From: Acidobacteriota bacterium
GTDB taxonomy: Bacteria; Acidobacteriota; Terriglobia; Terriglobales; Acidobacteriaceae
Direction of reading: 5' to 3'
DNA: 38,135 bases
Assembly: GCA_003224815.1 (NCBI GenBank)
Contig: QHZW01000125.1
Coordinates: 4,099 to 42,233, forward strand
A program made the translations under genes and the position numbers. The notes under the pieces were generated by a model, which saw only the letters and a list, made by a program, of their open reading frames with translations, ran no database searches and was not told the DNA's origin. This document shows, piece by piece, positions 1 through 8,557 of this stretch; position 1 is the stretch's first letter; each line of letters starts with the position of its first letter.

Positions 1-613
1 CATTGTTGTAGCCCCCGTAATGGGCTTGACCATCGCGCTCATTTTCAGCGTCGCGGGATATTGGCTGTTGCGAAAGCAGACTCCACAAAGCGTGGACAAA
101 TGGTTTCGAAAATTGCAGCTCCTTTCGGCTGCCGCATATAGCCTGGGCCACGGCGGAAACGACGCACAGAAAACCATGGGCATTGTCGCGGGCGCGCTCT
201 ACACCGCAGGCTTGATGAGCAAAGCCGAAATGGCCGGCAACTGGGGTCGATTTCACTACTGGATCATCATCGCAGCGAATGGCGCAATCGCCGCTGGAAC
301 ATATTTTGGCGGATGGCGGATCGTGCACACCATGGGTTCGAAGATCACGAAGCTGAAACCTTTCGGCGGATTCTGCGCCGAAAGCGCAGGCGCACTCACT
401 CTGTTTGGAACGGCGCTCGCCGGAATTCCTGTAAGCACTACGCATACGATCACGGGCGCGATTGTTGGAGTCGGCGCTGTGCATCGCTTATCCGCTGTGC
501 GGTGGGGCGTGGCACGACGCATTGTGTGGGCATGGATTCTGACCATCCCCGCCTCAGCAGCAGTTGCGGGAACCACGTTCTGGGTGGTATGGCTGTTTGA
601 TCGGGGGGCTTGA
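1..613 (+). CDS. Inorganic phosphate transporter, PiT family (C-terminal part; 5' end lies outside the window)
   Basis: Frame is open back to the window edge. Contains the PiT signature GHGGNDAQKTMGI and several hydrophobic helices. Confidence 0.85.
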   Translation, partial: IVVAPVMGLTIALIFSVAGYWLLRKQTPQSVDKWFRKLQLLSAAAYSLGHGGNDAQKTMGIVAGALYTAGLMSKAEMAGNWGRFHYWIIIAANGAIAAGTYFGGWRIVHTMGSKITKLKPFGGFCAESAGALTLFGTALAGIPVSTTHTITGAIVGVGAVHRLSAVRWGVARRIVWAWILTIPASAAVAGTTFWVVWLFDRGA

Positions 614-618
614 AATTG

Positions 619-640
619 CGGCGGGCCTGGACGGCCGCCG
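619..640 (+). terminator. GC-rich hairpin just after the PiT stop (CGGCGG-GCC / GG-CCGCCG); possible terminator
   Basis: Imperfect 8-bp GC stem with one bulge and a 5-nt loop, 6 nt after the stop. No clean U tract follows (TTCCCACATT). Confidence 0.25.
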
Positions 641-705
641 TTCCCACATTCGGATCCCGTCCCGATTGTCACCTGACGAAAGCCTTCTTGCTACAATTCT
701 CATAG

Positions 706-1869
706 ATGAAACCTCACCCGCCATTCACTGATGTCCCCACCGCTCTGGACGAAATCCGCGAGGGACGAATGATCGTTATTGTGGACGACGAAGATCGCGA
801 AAACGAAGGCGATCTGATGCTGGCGGCGGAAAAGGTCTCGCCCGAAGCAATCAATTTCATGGCGAAGTACGGACGCGGGCTCATTTGCCTGACTTTGACC
901 GAAGAGCGACTCGAGCACCTGCGCCTAGGTCCGATGAGCGCGGAGAACACCTCGAATTATGGAACCGCATTCTGCGAAGCCATTGACGCCCGCGAAGGCG
1001 TGAGCACAGGAATTTCTGCCTACGATCGAGCCCGAACCATTCTTGTCGCCATCGATCCAGCGACTCGGCCGTCAGACCTGGCGCGTCCAGGCCATGTTTT
1101 TCCTTTGCGCGCGCGCAAGGGCGGAGTCCTGGTACGCGCCGGTCAGACCGAAGCGTCGGTCGATCTGACGCGTATGGCAGGGCTGGTTCCGGCCGGAATT
1201 ATTTGCGAGATCATGTGCGAAGACGGATCTATGGCTCGCGTGCCCGATTTGATCGAGTTCTGTAATGAGCACGGAATGAAGATGCTCACCGTTGCCGAAC
1301 TGATCCGCTATCGCATGCAGCACGAGCGGTATGTACATCGGGTGGGCGAGGCGCTGGTGAACACCCAACATGGCGAGTTCCGCGTGATTGCCTATGAGAG
1401 CGAAGTAGATGGCGGCGATTCCCATCTCGCTCTAGTGCGCGGCGAAATCGATAAGGGCGATGACCCGGTGCTGGTACGAATGCATTCTCACTGCCTGATT
1501 GGCGATGTTTTCGGTTCAGCGGCATGCGATTGCCGGGCTACCCTCGAAGGATCACTTGAAGCCATAGCCGCTGAAGGACGCGGCGCGCTGATCTATCTGC
1601 ATCAAGCGGCGAAGGGATTCTCGGTTGAGAAAACCGATGAGAGGAATGCGATCTCCTTTCATCACGAGCGCAGCTCTCCCTCGTTGCCCGAGAGCGAACG
1701 CAAGGCACAGCGTGAAATCGGGCTGGGCGCGCAGATTTTATCAGATCTCGGGTTACGCAGGATGAGGCTGTTGACCAATCATCCCCGCAGGGTGGTGGCA
1801 CTGGAGGGATTTGATATTGAAATTGTGGAGCAGGTTCCGGTGGAACTGGGTAGGCAGCTGAGAAGGTGA
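706..1869 (+). CDS. ribBA: Bifunctional-type RibBA: 3,4-dihydroxy-2-butanone-4-phosphate synthase fused to a GTP cyclohydrolase II-like domain that looks degenerate
   Basis: N-terminal half has the DHBPS motifs ([32 protein letters not shown]). C-terminal half has the GCHII-like [17 protein letters not shown] and LLTNHPRR. Confidence 0.9.
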   Translation: MKPHPPFTDVPTALDEIREGRMIVIVDDEDRENEGDLMLAAEKVSPEAINFMAKYGRGLICLTLTEERLEHLRLGPMSAENTSNYGTAFCEAIDAREGVSTGISAYDRARTILVAIDPATRPSDLARPGHVFPLRARKGGVLVRAGQTEASVDLTRMAGLVPAGIICEIMCEDGSMARVPDLIEFCNEHGMKMLTVAELIRYRMQHERYVHRVGEALVNTQHGEFRVIAYESEVDGGDSHLALVRGEIDKGDDPVLVRMHSHCLIGDVFGSAACDCRATLEGSLEAIAAEGRGALIYLHQAAKGFSVEKTDERNAISFHHERSSPSLPESERKAQREIGLGAQILSDLGLRRMRLLTNHPRRVVALEGFDIEIVEQVPVELGRQLRR

Positions 1870-1883
1870 ACTTAATTGTGATT

Positions 1884-1973
1884 TACGAATTGTCGAAATT
1901 ACAGATTTATGAATTTTAGAATTGTCGAATTCCCAACGCTCTAGAGACGTAGTCTGCAATTCGACAATTCGTA
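1884..1973. repeat. Three copies of GAATTGTCGAA (two direct, one inverted); the outer copies form a perfect 14-bp inverted repeat
   Basis: Copies at 1887-1897 and 1919-1929, and inverted at 1960-1970. TACGAATTGTCGAA (1884-1897) is the exact reverse complement of 1960-1973. AT-rich gap between convergent gene ends. Confidence 0.7.
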
Positions 1974-1980
1974 AAAATTC

Positions 1981-2244
1981 CTAAAACGGTTTTCTGATCT
2001 GAATGTCGTTGTCTCGGATAAAGAACTGCGCCGAGCACTTTCCCGACCCGCAGATCACAGCAATCAGCCCTGCGATTTGTTTTCGTGTGATCAGGCCGAG
2101 AGTGCCGCAGTTGGGACAGGAGAGCACAGCCCAGTACGGATCTTCCTTCTCACCGATGTGTCCGGCATTTTCGAGCACGAAAATCGTGCCCGGCTGCATC
2201 TGCTCCGGTATCCATTCGCTCAGGATTTCGAGTTCAGCAACCAT
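1981..2244 (-). CDS. Small zinc-ribbon-like hypothetical protein (87 aa)
   Basis: CPNC ... CGSGKC cysteine pairs. Strong SD (GGAGGGG) upstream of the ATG, 27 nt downstream of the MerR gene stop. Confidence 0.6.
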   Translation of the reverse strand: MVAELEILSEWIPEQMQPGTIFVLENAGHIGEKEDPYWAVLSCPNCGTLGLITRKQIAGLIAVICGSGKCSAQFFIRDNDIQIRKPF

Positions 2245-2271
2245 TTCCCCTCCTCGCGGGCAAATTCACTG

Positions 2272-2751
2272 CTACGAACCCAATCTCGACTTGCGAATCG
2301 AATGAACTTTTTCGGGAGCACAGCGGCCCGGGCGCTTGCGCCCGCTGACCACAGCCTTAACCTGGCGAACAGTGTCGCTCAGGCAAATGGCAAACATCGG
2401 CTGCCGTGAATTCTTGAGAATGTCCACGATCTGCTGCGCAGACGTTTCTAAATAAAGCGTGCGACCGTCAGTAAGTAGGTGATAGTTGGAAGAAGCGGTT
2501 ACGGTCGCCGCCAGGCGCTGGCTGAATTCCTTTTGCAGAAAGCGAACGACTTTGCGCATGCGCTGCAGTGAGAAGCCCTTGCGGCGCAGCTCGCAAATCA
2601 CGGCGACCTCGGTCAGGTCTTCGAACGAGTAGACCCGGCGATGTCCCTGACGGGCGGGCACAACGATGCCGCGTTCGTCCCACCATTGCAGCTGGCGGGC
2701 TGTGATTCCGGTCAAACGAATTACGTCTTGTGATGTGAACGATTCCTGCAT
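2272..2751 (-). CDS. MerR-family HTH transcriptional regulator with an uncharacterised C-terminal domain
   Basis: LTGITARQLQWWDERGIVVP...RRVYSFEDL...LRRKGFSLQRM is a typical MerR HTH-wing. I use the first ATG (2751); the ORF track's 2820 is a TTG inside a TTGACA hexamer. Confidence 0.85.
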   Translation of the reverse strand: MQESFTSQDVIRLTGITARQLQWWDERGIVVPARQGHRRVYSFEDLTEVAVICELRRKGFSLQRMRKVVRFLQKEFSQRLAATVTASSNYHLLTDGRTLYLETSAQQIVDILKNSRQPMFAICLSDTVRQVKAVVSGRKRPGRCAPEKVHSIRKSRLGS

Positions 2752-2763
2752 TCCAGCCTGCAA

Positions 2764-2801
2764 ATGTTTAAAACATCTAAATTGCAAAATGTTTGAAACA
2801 T
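2764..2801 (-). promoter_or_regulatory. Two perfect 6-1-6 palindromes ATGTTT-N-AAACAT, 25 bp centre to centre, upstream of the MerR-family gene; candidate operators
   Basis: ATGTTTAAAACAT at 2764-2776 and ATGTTTGAAACAT at 2789-2801. A TTGACA hexamer (minus strand) lies at 2815-2820. Confidence 0.45.
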
Positions 2802-2871
2802 TGTAGGCCGGAGTTGTCAAACCCGAGCAGCTAAATAGTGGAAAACAGGTTACTAAGGAGCTACTAGGACT

Positions 2872-3393
2872 TCAGCTGCCCGGGTACAGATCGCTTTCGG
2901 TAACGGGCGTTGACCTGGTTTCTGTGCCTTGAGCTTTCAGGCGAGTACGCGCGGAGAACATTGGACCGCGTGCCTGTTGCAAAGGAGCAAAAGCGCCAAA
3001 GCCGATGGCCTTCGGGATATCATCGTAGATGCCCTCCATGCCGCCGCGCATGAAGTAAGTTTCATGCCAGAAGCCGGTGCCGCCGGAACTGCGCAGAAAT
3101 TCTTTCCACCAGAGCATGTGCGGTTCCGAACGCGACCAGCGTTCCAAAGAATCGAAATCACGCCAATACTGACGCATGCCCGCATGCATCGGAAAAATGG
3201 AATAAATCACCGGCTCGTGCAGCAACAGTCCATCTGGCTTTTCGCTGACTGCGTTAGTAATCCTCGGGCCGAATCCAATCAACGTTTTGAGCCCGTACAG
3301 CCGATTGACTCTCATTCCCAGGTAGATCACAACCAGGTCTGGATAAGCAGAGAGGTCAACCGTTCGCCTATCGACTTTCCCATTCGGCTTCAC
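2872..3393 (-). CDS. DUF4188-like protein
   Basis: VVIYLGMRVNRL, MRQYWRDFDSLERW and GFWHETY match my recollection of DUF4188 proteins. GTG start overlaps the upstream stop (GTGA). Confidence 0.65.
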   Translation of the reverse strand: MKPNGKVDRRTVDLSAYPDLVVIYLGMRVNRLYGLKTLIGFGPRITNAVSEKPDGLLLHEPVIYSIFPMHAGMRQYWRDFDSLERWSRSEPHMLWWKEFLRSSGGTGFWHETYFMRGGMEGIYDDIPKAIGFGAFAPLQQARGPMFSARTRLKAQGTETRSTPVTESDLYPGS

Positions 3394-3608
3394 ATCGCCT
3401 CCTCACACCGACCCCCACCCACGAAGTGAACAATTTCGAGTTTATCGCCATCTTTCAGAGGAATTATCGTCCAGCGATCTCGAGGAGCGAGTTCCCGGTT
3501 GAGCTCTACGGCAACCCGATCGGGTTTCATCCCGAGCTGGACGAGAAGATCAGATAGCGTCGAGATGGAATCGAATTCGCGATCCTCGCCATTAATGATG
3601 AGCTTCAT
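3390..3608 (-). CDS. thiS: ThiS-like beta-grasp sulfur-carrier protein with a 6-residue extension after the GG motif
   Basis: MKLIINGE...VAVELNRELAPRDRW...DGDKLEIVHFVGGG follows the ThiS pattern. The ORF continues RCEEAM before the stop. Confidence 0.8.
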   Translation of the reverse strand: MKLIINGEDREFDSISTLSDLLVQLGMKPDRVAVELNRELAPRDRWTIIPLKDGDKLEIVHFVGGGRCEEAM

Positions 3609-3611
3609 GGA

Positions 3612-4688
3612 TTAATACTTCCCCGCTGCCACCCGCTCCGCTATCCATTCTCCGACTTCTTTCGTGCCCAAAGGTCCCCCGGCATCTTGGGTAGACTTCT
3701 TCGCACGAACGGCATCGAGCACCGCAGCCTCAATCGTGTGCGCTTCTTTTTCACAACCCAAATGCGCGAGCATCATTGCCGCAGTGAGAATCGCGCCCAT
3801 AGGGTTGGCGAGATTTTTCCCGGCGAGCGGCGGCGCCGAGCCATGCACCGGCTCGAACATCGATGTCCTGCCAGGACTTATGTTGCCACTGGCGGCCATG
3901 CCAAGGCCTCCCTGAAGTCCTGCAGCAAGATCGGTGATGATGTCCCCGAACATGTTATTGGTCACAATCACGTCGAACTGGCGCGGTTCACGGACCATCT
4001 GCATGCAGAGCGCGTCAACGTACATATGCTCGGATTTAGTCTGCGGATATTCGGCGCCGACCTGCTTAAATACGCGCTGCCATAAGCTACCGGCGTGGGT
4101 CATGGCGTTCGACTTATCGCACATGAGCACACGTGAGCGGCTGCTGCCATCGGCTTTCTTGTGATTCGTCGCATACTCGAAAGCGAAGCGAATCACGCGC
4201 TCCACGCCTTGGCGTGTGTTGATGTCTTCCTGAATGGCGATTTCGTCGGCAGTTCCCTGCTTGAAAATGCCGCCCGAGTCGGTGTAAACGCCTTCGGTGT
4301 TCTCGCGGACCACAACGAAATCAATGTCCTTGGACTCAATTCCCTTCAGCGGACAAAGTGACGCATCGAGCAGGCGCACCGGGCGGACATTGGCATACAG
4401 GTCCATCTTGAACCGCATACCAAGCAAAATTTCTTTGGCGTGAATATTCGTAGGCACTCGCGGATCGCCGAATGCGCCCACCAGAATTGCATCAAAGTCG
4501 CGTGCAAGCATCGCAAAGCCGTCGTTCGGAACCGTGGTGCCGTCAGCCAAGTAGCGATCCGCGCCCCAATCGAAGTGAGTGAAAGCAACCGGCGCACCGG
4601 ACGCCTCGATGATCCTGATCGCCTGAGGGACGACCTCTTTGCCGATGCCGTCGCCGGGAATAACCGCGATCCTCTTTATCGAGCGCAC
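3612..4688 (-). CDS. Beta-decarboxylating dehydrogenase of the isocitrate/isopropylmalate family (tartrate/D-malate dehydrogenase-like or LeuB)
   Basis: [43 protein letters not shown] and [12 protein letters not shown] start. The FDWG-type N-terminus resembles the TtuC subfamily, but specificity cannot be assigned by eye. Confidence 0.85.
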   Translation of the reverse strand: MRSIKRIAVIPGDGIGKEVVPQAIRIIEASGAPVAFTHFDWGADRYLADGTTVPNDGFAMLARDFDAILVGAFGDPRVPTNIHAKEILLGMRFKMDLYANVRPVRLLDASLCPLKGIESKDIDFVVVRENTEGVYTDSGGIFKQGTADEIAIQEDINTRQGVERVIRFAFEYATNHKKADGSSRSRVLMCDKSNAMTHAGSLWQRVFKQVGAEYPQTKSEHMYVDALCMQMVREPRQFDVIVTNNMFGDIITDLAAGLQGGLGMAASGNISPGRTSMFEPVHGSAPPLAGKNLANPMGAILTAAMMLAHLGCEKEAHTIEAAVLDAVRAKKSTQDAGGPLGTKEVGEWIAERVAAGKY

Positions 4689-4741
4689 GGGAGGAAGATA
4701 CCAGAAATCTCACTGAACCCGCCTGGGCTAGTATGTGATGG

Positions 4742-5068
4742 ATGGAACTCTGGACTGGCTTGGCTGCCCTCAAAGCTGACCCGAACTGTAAGAACTTCCG
4801 CAGATTCGGAAGAGGCAAGGGAGCTTACGTCAATGTTGTTGCGTGGGCGGAGTCTCCCCAAATATTCGAACAAAGAGTAAGAAGTACCGTACAGATGGGT
4901 CTCGATTGCATTCTTCTGGAGTTGGAAGAAATTGAGCTGCTAGAAGACAGAATGAGCGCCGATGACTTTCCCGAAGAGTTCATCAATATGCGAGCCACTG
5001 CTCACAGGCAGCCCACTGATGTCGTTTTCGGAACATTCCACATGTGGCTCCAAGATGATGCGAACTGA
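4742..5068 (+). CDS. Hypothetical protein (108 aa), no recognised motif
   Basis: Only sizeable ORF in the 4689-5163 gap. The region looks lower in GC than its neighbours. Start uncertain. Confidence 0.35.
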   Translation: MELWTGLAALKADPNCKNFRRFGRGKGAYVNVVAWAESPQIFEQRVRSTVQMGLDCILLELEEIELLEDRMSADDFPEEFINMRATAHRQPTDVVFGTFHMWLQDDAN

Positions 5069-5147
5069 AAATTCGTCTATGGTAAAGAGCCTCAACGCCT
5101 AACTCCAATTGAGCTTGACTACGCCCTTTGCATCCGATTTGCTTCGT

Positions 5148-5153
5148 TATAAT
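5148..5153 (+). promoter_or_regulatory. Perfect TATAAT -10 hexamer 10 nt upstream of the ygfZ ATG (near-leaderless transcript implied)
   Basis: TATAAT at 5148-5153. TTGCAT at 5128-5133 sits only 14 nt upstream, which is suboptimal spacing. No SD before ATG 5164. Confidence 0.25.
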
Positions 5154-5163
5154 TGAAGTAAGC

Positions 5164-6183
5164 ATGCCATCGTTAACACAACGAAAGAATGCCTCGACCG
5201 CCGTTGACAGCCAGCGAGAGCTGACCGCTCTGGTCGCCGGTTGTGCGATTTATCGCCCGAATCGCCAGCTTTTCTCAATCACCGGTCGTGACCGGGTACG
5301 CTGGCTGAATGGCATGGTCACAAACAACATACGTGATCTTGCGCCTGGCCGCGGCGTTTATTCGTTTGTGCTGAACTCTCAGGGACACATCCTTGGCGAT
5401 CTATACGTATTCAACCGTGGCGAAAATCTGATCGCGGAAATCGAGAATTCACAGGCTGAAGCTTTGCTTCAGATTCTGAAGCGCTACATCATCATGGACA
5501 AGGTTGAAATCGAAGACCTGAACGGAAAGTTCGTGGTGCTTGGAATTGCTGGGCCGAAATCGGCAGATCTTCTGGCATCAGCGGGGCTGGGTCAAAGTCT
5601 TGAGCAACTTCAGTTTGCAGAGTTGCCTTCGAACGGCTCCATTTCGAACGGCTCCATGATGACGGTTGTGCGTGATGACAATCCCAGTTTTGCGGGTTAT
5701 GAAATCTGGGCGCCTGCAGAGGAAGTCGAGACAGTCTGGAATTCTCTTGTGAGCGCCGGAGTTGAGGAAGTGCATGACCAGGCTTTGGAGATGTTTCGGA
5801 TCCTGAGAGGTATTCCTAAAGTTGGCCAGGACATTCGTGAGCGCGCTCTTCCGCACGAGACGGGACAGGAACGCGCGCTGAATTACACGAAGGGCTGTTA
5901 TATCGGCCAGGAAATTGTTGAACGGATCAGGGCCCGCGGAAACGTCCACAAAACGTTCGTCGGATTTGAAGTGGAAGGACCTCTGCCAGCTGCAGGCACG
6001 AAGATTCAGAGTGGGGGAAAGGACGTTGGCGAACTGACGACCATCGCTCCGGTACAGCTCAAGCAGAAGCAACTGGCGCTAGGCTTTATACGACGAGAAG
6101 CTCTTGCAGCCGGTCAGGTATTGACCGCCGGCGAAGCAACGCTCAAGCCGGCGCCGTTGCCGTTTTCGGACATGTTTCACTAA
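5164..6183 (+). CDS. ygfZ: Folate-binding YgfZ/CAF17-family protein (GcvT-like, Fe-S cluster repair)
   Basis: RDRVRWLNGMVTNNI and the YgfZ signature KGCYIGQEIVERIRARG. First ATG chosen over the TTG at 5128. Confidence 0.85.
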   Translation: MPSLTQRKNASTAVDSQRELTALVAGCAIYRPNRQLFSITGRDRVRWLNGMVTNNIRDLAPGRGVYSFVLNSQGHILGDLYVFNRGENLIAEIENSQAEALLQILKRYIIMDKVEIEDLNGKFVVLGIAGPKSADLLASAGLGQSLEQLQFAELPSNGSISNGSMMTVVRDDNPSFAGYEIWAPAEEVETVWNSLVSAGVEEVHDQALEMFRILRGIPKVGQDIRERALPHETGQERALNYTKGCYIGQEIVERIRARGNVHKTFVGFEVEGPLPAAGTKIQSGGKDVGELTTIAPVQLKQKQLALGFIRREALAAGQVLTAGEATLKPAPLPFSDMFH

Positions 6184-6253
6184 AGCGTGCGCTTCTCATT
6201 CCGGCGACGATCCGGATGATCTGAAAAACGAACCTAAGAATCGACAAACACTT

Positions 6254-6823
6254 ATGGCTGAGAAAAAATCAAGCTTCACAGTTACGGACCGGCGGTTGTT
6301 CACTCCTGAAGGCGAATTGCGCGCAGACCTTGCCGAAGAACAGGATCAACCGGCAACTCCGGCCGAGCCGCCGGGGGCCCCCTCATCGCCGGCGCAGACC
6401 GCGCCAGCACAGGCCGATAAGCAGGAATCCCCACCGCCGCCGTCCCCGAGCGCCGCTGAACAAAAGGAACAGGCAGACGCCTACCAGAAATCGTCGCAGG
6501 AGATGGACCGCGAGGTAGAAATGAGCGGCCACTCGGCAAAAGAGCTGGATATCACCTTCGAGCGCTTCCTTGCGTCGCTGTACATGAGCGGCATGCTGCA
6601 ACTCGGACTCATGCAGGAACAGGGTGGACAGCCGCAACTTGATCTTATCGGCGCGCGACAGACAATCGACTCGTTGTCTCTGCTGTCTGAAAAGACCAAA
6701 GGCAATCTAACTCCCAAAGAACAGAATTTTCTCCAGAACGCGCTATACGAGCTGCGCATGGCGTATGTGGAAGTCACAAACGCAATCGCCAGAGGTCCTC
6801 AGAAGGTACCCGCTGCGAAATGA
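6254..6823 (+). CDS. DUF1844-like protein with a Pro/Ala/Gln-rich N-terminal region
   Basis: FTVTDRR near the N-terminus and FERFLASLYMSGMLQLGLM resemble DUF1844 proteins. Overlaps the next gene by ATGA. Confidence 0.7.
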   Translation: MAEKKSSFTVTDRRLFTPEGELRADLAEEQDQPATPAEPPGAPSSPAQTAPAQADKQESPPPPSPSAAEQKEQADAYQKSSQEMDREVEMSGHSAKELDITFERFLASLYMSGMLQLGLMQEQGGQPQLDLIGARQTIDSLSLLSEKTKGNLTPKEQNFLQNALYELRMAYVEVTNAIARGPQKVPAAK

Positions 6824-7593
6824 ACGCAACGCTCACCGTGCTGGGAAGCGGCACGTCCATGGGCGTGCCCACGATCGGATGCAGTTGCGCGGTTTGCCAC
6901 TCCAGTGACCCGCGGGACCGGCGCACTCGGCCTTCGGTGTTAATTGAATACCAGGGTCACGCGGTGTTGATCGATACGACTCCTGATTTTCGCGAGCAGG
7001 CGATTCGCGAGAATATCTGCCGCCTGGACGCTGTGCTCTACACGCACACGCATGCCGACCACCTGCTCGGCATCGACGACCTGCGACCGATCAGCTTTCT
7101 GCATAAGCCGGGCAAGCTGCCACTTTATGCGCATCCTGCGGCCGTTGAATTTATCCGTACCATGTTCCGCTATATTTTCGACGCAAACTATAAGTTTGGC
7201 GGCTTGCCACAGGTGGAATTAAGACCGCTCGAAGGCTTGCTGGAATTGTTTGGTGCAATCTTCGAGCCCATCACGCTTATTCATGGCGATGCAAAGATTT
7301 ATGGCTTTCGTTTCGGCTCGGCAGCGTATTTGACTGACCACAGTGATATCCCCGAACGCTCCCTGGAACAATTGCAGGGACTCGACATTCTGTTTCTGGA
7401 TGCGTTGCGCTACAAGCCGCACCCAACTCATTCCACGGTGGAGCATTCACTGCAAACAGTGGAAAGGCTTAAGCCCAGGCGCGCATTTTTCACACATATC
7501 TGCCACGATCTGCCGCATGAGGAAACCAACGCGGCGCTGCCCGATAACGTAAAGCTTTCGTATGACGGCATGAAGCTGGAGTTTGAAATCTGA
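6820..7593 (+). CDS. MBL-fold metallo-hydrolase (PhnP-like phosphodiesterase type)
   Basis: LTVLGSGTSMGVP, a CSCAVC Cys cluster and the HTHADH metal motif. Confidence 0.85.
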   Translation: MNATLTVLGSGTSMGVPTIGCSCAVCHSSDPRDRRTRPSVLIEYQGHAVLIDTTPDFREQAIRENICRLDAVLYTHTHADHLLGIDDLRPISFLHKPGKLPLYAHPAAVEFIRTMFRYIFDANYKFGGLPQVELRPLEGLLELFGAIFEPITLIHGDAKIYGFRFGSAAYLTDHSDIPERSLEQLQGLDILFLDALRYKPHPTHSTVEHSLQTVERLKPRRAFFTHICHDLPHEETNAALPDNVKLSYDGMKLEFEI

Positions 7594-7594
7594 C

Positions 7595-8557
7595 ATGCTG
7601 GTTTTTCACAAGTTGGAGGAAGTTCCTGCCGGGTTTGGACCATCTGTGGTCAGCGTCGGGAACTTCGACGGGGTGCACCGGGCACATTCGCGAGTATTGT
7701 GCGAATTGATCAGGCAAGCGGCTGCGCGCAATGCCAAATCGGTCGCCGTAACATTCGAGCCACATCCGGTGCGGATTCTGCGCCCGGACGCTCCTCTCAG
7801 GCTGATCACGCCGACCGCGGAAAAGTTACTGTTGCTGGAGAAGTCCGGAATTGACTCAGTGCTTGTGCTTCCTTTCACTCGCGATATGTCGCTGCTGTCT
7901 GCGCACAATTTCGCGCAGCAGATCCTGCGAGACTGCCTCGGCACAATCGAGGTACACGAGGGCTATAACTTCCGCTTCGGCCACAAGGCAGCGGGCGACG
8001 TGAAACTGCTAACGGACTTGGGCCGCGAACTCAATTTCGAAGTCATCGTTTATCCGGAGATGATGGTGCGGCGGCAGTCGGTTTCGAGTTCTCGCATCCG
8101 CGACATGATTCGATCCGGCCAAGTAAGCCGCGCCAGGCCGCTGCTGGGGAGGCCCTTCAGTATTGTTTCAACGCCGGGCCGCGGCCGTGGGTATGGATCG
8201 AAATACACCGTGCCCACGATCAACCTGAGCCGATACGATGAACTCGTCCCTGCTGATGGCGTGTATATCACGCGAACGCGGGTCGGCGACGAGTGCTTCG
8301 ATTCGGTGACAAATATCGGTAATCGGCCAACGTTTGGCGCGGAGTCCTTCGCGATCGAAACGCACTTATTGAATTTTCATCCGTTGGAACTGACAGCGGA
8401 AACCAGGATTGAATTGTTCTTTCTGGCGCGACTAAGGGACGAGATCAAGTTTGCTTCAGTGGAAGCTCTGCGGGAGCAGATTGGTCGGGATATTAAGAAA
8501 GCGGAACACTACTTGAGTTTTTTGCGAAATGCGAGAGTTAGGGCAGGGATGGATTGA
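7595..8557 (+). CDS. ribF: Bifunctional riboflavin kinase / FMN adenylyltransferase
   Basis: VGNFDGVHRAH, PTINL and ETHLLNF motifs. ATG at 7595 preferred over TTG at 7583. Confidence 0.9.
   Translation: MLVFHKLEEVPAGFGPSVVSVGNFDGVHRAHSRVLCELIRQAAARNAKSVAVTFEPHPVRILRPDAPLRLITPTAEKLLLLEKSGIDSVLVLPFTRDMSLLSAHNFAQQILRDCLGTIEVHEGYNFRFGHKAAGDVKLLTDLGRELNFEVIVYPEMMVRRQSVSSSRIRDMIRSGQVSRARPLLGRPFSIVSTPGRGRGYGSKYTVPTINLSRYDELVPADGVYITRTRVGDECFDSVTNIGNRPTFGAESFAIETHLLNFHPLELTAETRIELFFLARLRDEIKFASVEALREQIGRDIKKAEHYLSFLRNARVRAGMD

Noticed and set aside
505-530. Sigma-54-like TGGCAC elements (here, and at about 11447)
   Set aside because: Both lie inside coding sequence, and the GG-N10-GC spacing does not fit.
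614-705. Possible FMN riboswitch upstream of ribBA
   Set aside because: The gap is only about 90 nt and lacks the conserved FMN-aptamer segments I know. It holds only a GC hairpin that looks like the PiT terminator.
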